Positions 54,301-64,000 of a stretch of 64,000 bases of DNA are shown one piece after another. Under the pieces are notes generated by a model. The model was given only the letters and a program-made list of their open reading frames with translations. It was not told the DNA's origin and searched no databases. The translations under genes were made by a program, and so were the position numbers. Within the stretch, counting starts at the first letter, position 1. Each line of letters begins with the position of its first letter. The stretch is from the human T2T-CHM13v2.0 reference genome, Homo sapiens, in NCBI RefSeq assembly GCF_009914755.1, contig NC_060934.1; one strand, written 5' to 3'.

Positions 54301-55169
54301 TCTGCTTTATTTATCTATTGCTTTGTTTTATGAGGAGAACTGGATGGCAGTCTTATTGCCCATTCAGTCTGCTAGGAATAATTTACTATTTCAATCCATA
54401 GTCCATAACTATGGTTAGAGAAACCCTCACTATTATTACAATATCACACTTAGCCCACACCCCACAGTATTAAAGGTATGGCAAACAGTGAAACTGTGCG
54501 TGACTTCCATAAAACTGGGGGTGGTAAAGTTATTAGTTCTCAAACAATGTAATCATACTACTCTCTCAATTTTGCTTTCTTTTCTAGGTTAAATTATATA
54601 TGAGGGGAGTTTAGTTTCTTGAAATGCATGCACTTAACTCCCATTTAAGAAGTCTCACCTGGGGAGACAGCTGTCTTGCGAGTCCTCCTGTGGTTTGAGC
54701 TACAGAAAGAAAATTCTCTTTCAAGTACAAGTGCTTTTACAGTAAAGCACTGCGAATTTTACTGGGACCTAACTAACCAGGGACAAGGAAGGGAACAGCT
54801 GGAATGAATGTGGTTTTCTTGAATGGAGTCAGTTCACCATTAACCAAAGTCAATTTCACAATCAGCTGAGCTGCCCCCTCACCAAGGTTAAAAAACCAGC
54901 AAGCTCTGTACATAGACATGAAGAGTAACAAGAATTCAGTCGGTACATTTCTTCTGCAAATCTCTGTGAATGGAGTGAATTTTTTCTTTTTATGTTGAAA
55001 AGTGGGGCCCATCAATGCCTCCCTACTTGTTGAGTACCCACGGCACTCCAGGGCAGTTCTGTTTTCAGTTGACAAAGCCCAGGTCCAGACCTGCAGGTGG
55101 GCTCTCCAAAGGTGACAGGATGCGTCCTTATATGATCCAGTGCTGTGGCACCAAAGGATTATGGCCACC

Positions 55170-55830
55170 GGATCTCAGTGACCTGGGATCAAGTCCCAAC
55201 CCCTTACCAAGTGGACACCCGGAGTAATCACTCAACATATTGTAGCTTACATTCCTATCTATAAAATGGCAACAGTAGGGATAAGCTTTTTCCCTACCAT
55301 AGGAATATCATGAGGATCAAGTGGGATAATTTAATCGGCACAGGCCACAAGTACTTTGTAGTCAAATAATATTTGTTCAATCCTGGCAAAGGCCAGCATC
55401 CTAGCCATACTGGACTAGCTATTTAAACTCTATGAGTCTTCATTTCCTCACTTGTAAAATGAGGATAATAAAATTTATCTTGCAGAATGCCTAGGAGGAC
55501 AGTCAAAAGCATATATGTAAAGCACTTAGCACATGGTGGCTGGTTTATGCTGCATGTTCAATAGGTGAAAGTCAATGGTATAATAATAAGCAATAGAAAC
55601 AGGGTCATAAAAACTCAGGTTCTGAAGTCAGAGCTGGTCCTATGTCTGCCTGTGTGATCTTGGGCAAGTTATTTTATCTCCCCAAGCCTTGATTTTCTCA
55701 TCAGCAACATGCCAGTAACAATAGGTAATTTTTGCGGAGACAAAATTTGCTATGAAGACTGAATGAGAGATTGCCTATAAGAGAACACGATAACTGGTAC
55801 CCAGAAAGTCTTCTATAAATTATAGTATTA
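55170..55830 (+). mobile_element. Cluster of three MIR copies
   Basis: Three MIR cores (tcctatctataaaatgg; tttcctcacttgtaaaatgagg; tgtgtgatcttgggcaagtta). Confidence 0.7.
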
Positions 55831-58800
55831 TTATTCAAAAAACATTTATTGATTGTCTACTATTTGAAAAACCTCTGCGACTTGCATAGGACTGTAAAGG
55901 AATCATGAGAGGAAAATTCATGAAAATAAAATGATCCTTCTAATTCCTTCTTGTCATCCTGTAGCTATATGCCATTCAGAAGCCCCAAATCAATTTTCAG
56001 ATATTACCTATGAATGGATTATTTTTAAGCCTTGACATCAGTGATCCAATGATATCCTACCTTCAAACACCAGCGATCTAAGAGGTTGCGGTTAGAACCC
56101 ATAGGTGCCAGAAACCCAAGGCCTGACCTTTGTTTCGGGTACCACTCATTCCTTTAACACTGCCCGTCTCCTCTGGACCTGCCTTCGTTTCTCAAGACCA
56201 CCATTTAGGGGGCTCAGCTAGCCCTTTCCTGGGCTTTGATCAGCATCTCAAGCCACACTCCCTGGTAGGTAAGGGTCAAAAGAGGTAGGAACTGTATGGG
56301 GACAGCTGAATTGGCAGCACTGCAAAGAGAGCTGTTCTGTTCTCTATAGCGGGGTTCTATGGAGAATCTGCCTGAGAAAAGAGTTCCATTGCTTTATTAA
56401 ATAAAGTTTGAGCACAACAAACCACTGAAGCAGAGCCCCTTCCTGCCCAGGTGCAGGTCTGTCTCTCCCGGAGCATGGCCAGAGTCCAGAGCTCCTCCAG
56501 AGTCCCCGCTCAGCCTCAGTGGCACCACATAGGGACTGTGATTAGTTTTCTGTGTCTCCAAAGCCAGACAGCTCAGGCAACCGTGTAGCCACACGGCCAA
56601 TATTCATGACCCTCCTGCTTCCTCCAGGCACAATAAGGTTGCTCAAACTGAACAGAGCCCCGGTGAGCCTTGGTAATAGCTTTAAGGACTAACCGGAAGG
56701 CCTCACTCCGCATCTCCAGCCTTCTAAGCCAAAAATGACAACCGCTCTTTAATGCTGCAAGATCTTTTATCTCACTCTGCCTTTTCTTCTCTACCTGGGT
56801 TTGGATGTAGGCCGGAGAAAGTTCTCTCGTTTTCATTGCTGCTGGCCTCCCTTCACCTTTTATCATATTAGAAATGAAGACCAATACTTTGCCTGTCACT
56901 GTTGTACCTCTGAAGGCACACAGTGCTCACTAAATGTCTTTTATTTGTGGATAAGAAAAAAATAAAAAAAAAAGCCTCAAAGAATCTTCCTGCTACATTT
57001 ACTAGGGAATGTGCTACCAACATCAATCTTGGGCTGTGTGCTTATAACCCATCGGCCTGCGCTGACTTGGAAAAGCAATGCAAGAGACATGAGCTGGTGA
57101 GCCCCTATCATTTTTATGACATCCTATCCCTAGTATATCTCATTCCTAGCACAGAGGGATAAAGCTCTTAACTACTGAAAGAACATAAAAAAATAGATTT
57201 AGGAATAATACTTTTTATGATTGCATTCTGTATACTATGAAAGTTATGTCCGAGTCTGCTAGTACTTTATAGAGCTGATAAAGTAGAACAGTATGGCTTC
57301 CCAGCTCACAGTGTATTTTATATCCATTTAAAATGTTTTCTCTTAAATTGAATTACTTTTTGAGTAATTATAATAAGACTAATCTGGGCTTAATGAATTC
57401 ATGTACAAATATTTTAGATTGCATTATTAAAATCTCTATGATATGAAACTATATTAAAATCGATCCCTCTAGCAACCAGTGTTTTCCTTTGAAAAGAGCC
57501 GCATACATGACCTTCTCGGAATTCTTTTGAATCAGCTGAGAAATCAGAAGAAGCCACATTAAGAGCCTAAACAAAAGAAGCTGACAAGTAACATTGCTTT
57601 AATTTTCCTAAACTTCTATCATTGGATATTAATTGGAGTATTAATTAGGAGTCACAAAAAGTATTTGTATTAAGCATCCATATATGCAAAGGGCTGAAGA
57701 GATGGTCCATCTTCCAGAAGAAATTACGTTATAGCTGTGATTAGCAATGACGTAACACTACTACTGGTAAAATACTAAAAGTGAGCCCCTGGATATCAAG
57801 CTTTACATTTTAAAAAGTCTCCAAACACAGTTGTCTAAACATCTGGATTCTAGTTTGCAGTGCAGGCAAAGCCATTCACCTTCCCTGGGATTCCGTTCTT
57901 CCATTTGCAAAATGATTTCTACTAGATGATCTCTAAGGTCCCTTCCAGTTCTAAAGCACGATGTTTTTAAGTTTAAAATTACACACATTGTATCAAATGG
58001 ACTCTTACTGCACATAGCTTATTTGTAATCTTATGCATGCTAAATTACATTCACAAAAAAATTTCATTCTTTGCAATTCACATACATCCACAAACACATC
58101 CATAATACAGCCTGTGATTTCAAATTTATTCCAAGATATTATCTCAGTTTTAAAGTATTTTTCCCATTACAGATAAATTATAAGCCATCTGAAATCTTTA
58201 AGTTTCTATTACCTTTTTGAATCAAGTTTTAATCCCCCAACGCACCCACCCAACATACACTTCCTGAAAGATGCTTTTTCATCTCCATTTCCAAGTCAAA
58301 TGATACATTTTATCACACATGTATTCCTCAGCCAGCTCTGTGTGATCCAGGTTTTAATCAGGTTGGTTACCCAGTTTCCAAAATTCAAACTGGATGTTTA
58401 CAAATGTCCAGCAGAATAAATCTCTCTCTTTACCAGGTGATCATTATCAGGATGGACAACTTTAAAGTAAACAGAAGACAATGATAATGATCATTACTTG
58501 ATGCTTGCCACAAATAACCATCAGGACAGCTCCCAGGAGTCAGAGACAATTCAAGCTTGAATTCTAAGAAGCTGTTCTAAAATCAAGCATTGTTGATCAT
58601 CATGAAATGGGCCCAAGGCTTCTAGGAGGAGCTTTGATGATGTAATACACTCTAGCTTGACCTCAGTTTTAGGAGGTACAGGTTCTGGCCTGGCTCTGCT
58701 ATAAATCACCTGAAGGAACTTAAACAAATCATTTAAGCACTTTGGGTTTCAAAGGAGCGATTGACAAGAAAATAGCTGCAATCTTTTCCAGTTCTAAAAC

Positions 58801-59019
58801 TATAATGAACACTACCAGGACCTTTCATTAGAACTCCCTGCTATATGCTCCCAAATCAACTGTACATCTCCTTGGTGCCCTAACATACACCTGTTATTTT
58901 CTTTCTCTCTCTTTCTCTCTAACTAAGCTGAAAGGACCATGATGTCAGGGACATTCTGTCCACTGTAGTCCCAAAGCCCAGGGCAGAATATTAGAGCATA
59001 AAAGATACTTATTAATATT

Positions 59020-59270
59020 AATAATAACTAATATGCTTTCAGAGTTTTCTGTACATCAGGCACTATTTTAAATACTTTACATAGACTGCCTGAATCCTCT
59101 CAGTCACCCTAAAAGGTAGCTATTCTCATTATCTTCATTTTACAGATAAAGAAACACAGGCCCACAAAGGTTAACTAAAGCTGCCAAAGGTCAAAGGGAA
59201 GCAAGTGAGCTGGAATTCAACCCAAGCAGTCTGGCTTCAGAATCCAAACTCTTAACCACTTTGCTACACT
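59020..59270 (-). mobile_element. MIR
   Basis: cattttacagataaagaaac...aggttaact...gagctggaattcaacccaagcagtctggcttcaga...ctcttaaccact. Confidence 0.85.
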
Positions 59271-59385
59271 GTCTCTCAATGAATACACCATTGATAGACG
59301 TGTGGAAGGAAGAAGGAACAAATAAATATGCCTCGTCCCTTCTAAGACACCCCAGAGAGAGAAGAGAATTCACGTTCATACTACC

Positions 59386-59697
<312 letters not shown>

Positions 59698-60130
59698 TAA
59701 TAATCCCCATGTTTCTAGATCCCCAGCCACATTTTTTTCTGTAACTTTTCTATCTGTGGATTTTGGGTCCAATTGCAGAGACTGCCTAGATACACATTAA
59801 CTTTTTTAAAACTTTACAAATTCTCTTTCTAAAATATTGCAACTGTTTCAATAGGTTTATGGCAATTGTTAAGGTAAGGTAAGGACATGGGGAAAGGACG
59901 TCCTGCTGGATTAAAAAATGAGAATTCCAAGAAGAGAGTAAGGAAGGGGAGAACAATACAATACAAGGAAATATGACTGAGCTGCAAAGATCTATGCAGC
60001 TGCCCTGATCCAGGGCCATCCTACTTGGGTTTATGAAAAGGATGGTATGAGAGGCGGTAGAAGGGGAAAGAGCCAGGTGGGAGGTAATGCAGTGCAGGCA
60101 ATGCACATATGGGTGCAGCAGCCAGAGGGC

Positions 60131-60462
<332 letters not shown>

Positions 60463-60738
60463 TGATCCTGGCTCTGCCACTGGGAAAGCAATCTTTCTGC
60501 TCTAAGCCTCAACATCTCCGTTTGATTGAGTGGGGCAACAGTGATATGGGGCTGTTGTGAAGATTACAGGAAATCAAGCTAATAAAGACTTCACACAGCG
60601 CCTGACACATAGAAGGCACTTCACAGAAGCAGGCAATTAGACAGAGATTTATAAGAAATCAAGTTGCAGGATATCATCAAGATCAACCAAATTCTTTGGC
60701 ATGCTGGCAACTGTGCTTGTCCTGATGAATAAAATATA

Positions 60739-61045
60739 CAGTCAGACCTCCATATCCACAAGTTTTGCATCCACAGATTCAACCAACCACGGATTGAAAA
60801 TATTTGAAAAAATAAAAAGTAAAATTAATAATACTGTAATAAAAATAATACAAACTAAAAACAATAAAGTATAACAACATTTACATAGTATTTACACTGT
60901 ATCATGTATTATAGGTAACCTATAGATTATTTAAATTAACTCTATACAGAAGGATGTGCATAAGCAAGTAATTAAATGCAAATCCCACACCATTTTATAT
61001 AAGGGGTCCTGGAATCAATAGCCCGTGGATACTGAGGAATGACTA
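60739..61045 (-). mobile_element. MER2 (TcMar-Tigger) with TA TSD
   Basis: ta|cagtcagacctccatatcc...gattcaaccaacc...ggggtcctggaa...gtggatactgaggaatgacta|ta. Confidence 0.88.
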
Positions 61046-61919
61046 TACTTGCCTGGATTCTAAAACTCAAAAATAAAAAATCAGAGGGTGCAGCAAAATA
61101 TCACAGCCCACTCCCTCTACCCACTAGCCCCCCAGCACGGAATGACATCATCCAGGAAAAAAATGTGAGAGAACATCTCTAGCAATAGAACATTCATATT
61201 CTCCTAGTCATATTTGTTTCTCTGGAAGCAGGATCAATGTTTACCATGTGAACAAATACTAAAACCAGACATATTATCCTACACTCTATATCACATAAAT
61301 GCTAGTATTTTCAGAGGTAATTGGAAGCAAGTAATTAAATGTGAACTACAGGTATTTCATCAGTCTTTCAGAGCACAGGCCTTTCTGCCAGAAGGTAGTA
61401 CATTTTCTAGAGTCACCCACTTACAGGCTTAGATAGCCTATGTGGCTCCTCTCTCTCCATCGTCCCATGTCATGGCTGTGCATGGCAGGACCGCACACTG
61501 GGCTGGGCTCCTCTACATTGAAGCCAAGCATTTCAGAAATGGAGAGTAACCAGAGAGCTGAGAACACCTTGCAAAAACCTTGGCGGCTGTACACAGGGAG
61601 GACCACCAGCAAAAATGTTTCCCTCCTTGTGAAGAACAGTCAGCAAGCAGTAAATGTGATTACCACAGTTCATACCCCACTGAGTGCCTTTGCAAAATAG
61701 AAGGGAAAGTTCATCTGGCAGTTTAAGATTCTTTTAAATCTGTATGATATCATTCACTGACTCAACACAATCATGAAATATAAATGTCATTTTCATGAAG
61801 AATTTAGGTGGCAGGCTTGCCAGGAGTTCCCTGAAAAAAAGGGATTCCAGCATCTTACAGAGCTTAAAAAATGTTAATTGTCCTTTATATATATATATTT
61901 CTTCAAGCATCACAGTTGA

Positions 61920-62115
61920 CACAGCATTCCTTCCCTCAGGAGAATATGGCAATAAAGGGTGCCATCTTGGAAACAGAGCATCGCTCACTAGGCAATCGAA
62001 CCTGCTGGCTCCTCAATCTTGAACCTCTCAGCCTCCAGAACTGTGAGAAAATAAGTCTCTGTTCTTTGTAAATTACCCAGCCTTGGGTATTTTGTTATAG
62101 CCGCACAAACAAAGA
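61920..62115 (+). mobile_element. MST/MLT1A LTR 3' fragment
   Basis: tgccatcttggaa...cagcctccagaactgtgagaaaata...aaattacccagcc...tattttgttatagc. Confidence 0.75.
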
Positions 62116-62116
62116 G

Positions 62117-62788
62117 AGATGGCTATACTCAAAAAGATAATGACAAGTGCTGGTGATTATGTAGAGAAACTGGAAGCACATACACTGCTGATGGGACTGT
62201 CAAATGGTATAGCCACTTTGGAAAACAGTCTGGCAGGTCCTCAAATAGTTACGTATAGAGTTTATCATATGATCCAGCAATTCCACTCCTGGGTATATAC
62301 CCGAGAGAAATGAAAACATGTCCATGCAAAAATCTGTACACAAGAGTTCATAGAAGCATTAGTCATAATAACCAAAAAGTGGAAATAATACGAATGTCCA
62401 TCAACTGACGAATGGATAAATAAAATGTAGCACATCCACACAATGAAATAATATTTGGCAATAGGAAGACATGAAGTATTGATACATGCTACAACATGGA
62501 TGAACCTTGAAAGCATGATCCTAAGTGAAAGAAGCCAGACACAAAGACCACGTATTGTGTGGTTCTATTTATATGAAATATCCAGAATTGGTAAATCAAG
62601 AGACAGAAAATAGAGTAATGGTTGCCTAGAGGTGAAGGGGATGAGGGGGTGACAGCTAAGGATGTACCAGATTTTTAAGGAGGTAATGAAAACACTCCAA
62701 AATTGACTGTATGATGAATAGAAAACTCTGAATATACTAAAATCCATTTAACTGTACACTTTAAATGGGTGAATTGTACAGTGTGTGA
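62117..62788 (+). mobile_element. L1MB (MB7-like) 3' portion
   Basis: gccactttggaaaacagt...gatccagcaattccactcctgggtatatacc...gctacaacatggatgaaccttgaa...tgtacactttaaatgggtgaattg. Confidence 0.88.
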
Positions 62789-63205
62789 AGTCCTGGGTTG
62801 TGAATACATTTCAAATGACTAGGAATGACAACCCCTGCCTCTCTGAGCCACAGCTAGGCAAGTCAATCTCACAAATGCACCCAGCTGTTTATCCTATGAA
62901 CACATCTGAAGAACACACTCAAATGCTAGACACTATAGCTAGAGAAAACTATGCTCAGATGAAAGACAGCATCTCCTCTCCTCAGGGGGTCACAGCCTGG
63001 TGCCTCTATGGACATCTGTGCTGTTCAATACAGTAGCCCCCAGCCACATGTACCCACTCAGCCCTTGAAAAGTGGTGAGTGGGAATTGTAATATGATCTA
63101 AGTAAAACTCAGACACCAGATTACAAAAACTTAGGTCACCAAAAAAGGTAAAATTGCTTGTTCATAATTTTTTATATTAAATTACATGCTAAAATGATAT
63201 TTTGG

Positions 63206-63890
<685 letters not shown>

Positions 63891-64000
63891 TGAACGTGGT
63901 ACTGGAAAATGTCCAATTACAGATGTGGCTCATATTATGTTTCTATTGGACAGTGCTGGTCTAGTACTGATCTTTAAAGTACTTTCAGATCTAGTACTGA

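Noticed and set aside
63960-64000. tctagtactga direct repeat around an imperfect palindrome
   Set aside because: Short and truncated by the window edge, so it cannot be evaluated.

Overview
Primate (very likely human) genomic DNA, either intronic or intergenic. I find no supportable protein-coding gene, RNA gene, CpG island or CRISPR array. The listed ORFs are repeat-derived or chance ORFs. Much of the window is interspersed repeats: 14 near-full-length Alus (mostly S and Y) plus a FLAM monomer, L1 3' fragments, L2, MIR, a solo ERV1 LTR (LTR1-like), MaLR LTRs (MST/MLT1), LTR16 and DNA transposons (MER1B, MER58A, MER2, MER33, MER5, Tigger3-like). Between them lie repeat-poor, AT-rich blocks with locally retained CpGs that resemble constrained enhancers. 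The most unusual structure is a 147-bp, 92.5%-identical, ungapped inverted repeat of non-TE sequence (17405-17551 / 18342-18488). Its left arm is pasted into the middle of a MIR, and the repeated unit is itself a hairpin. Two smaller local copy-paste patches occur in another MIR and in a MER2. There are also strong candidate micro/small exons on both strands, and a tail-to-tail inverted Alu pair only ~36 bp apart. Repeat family names come from recalled consensus motifs, not a database search. I could not identify the locus or a host gene.
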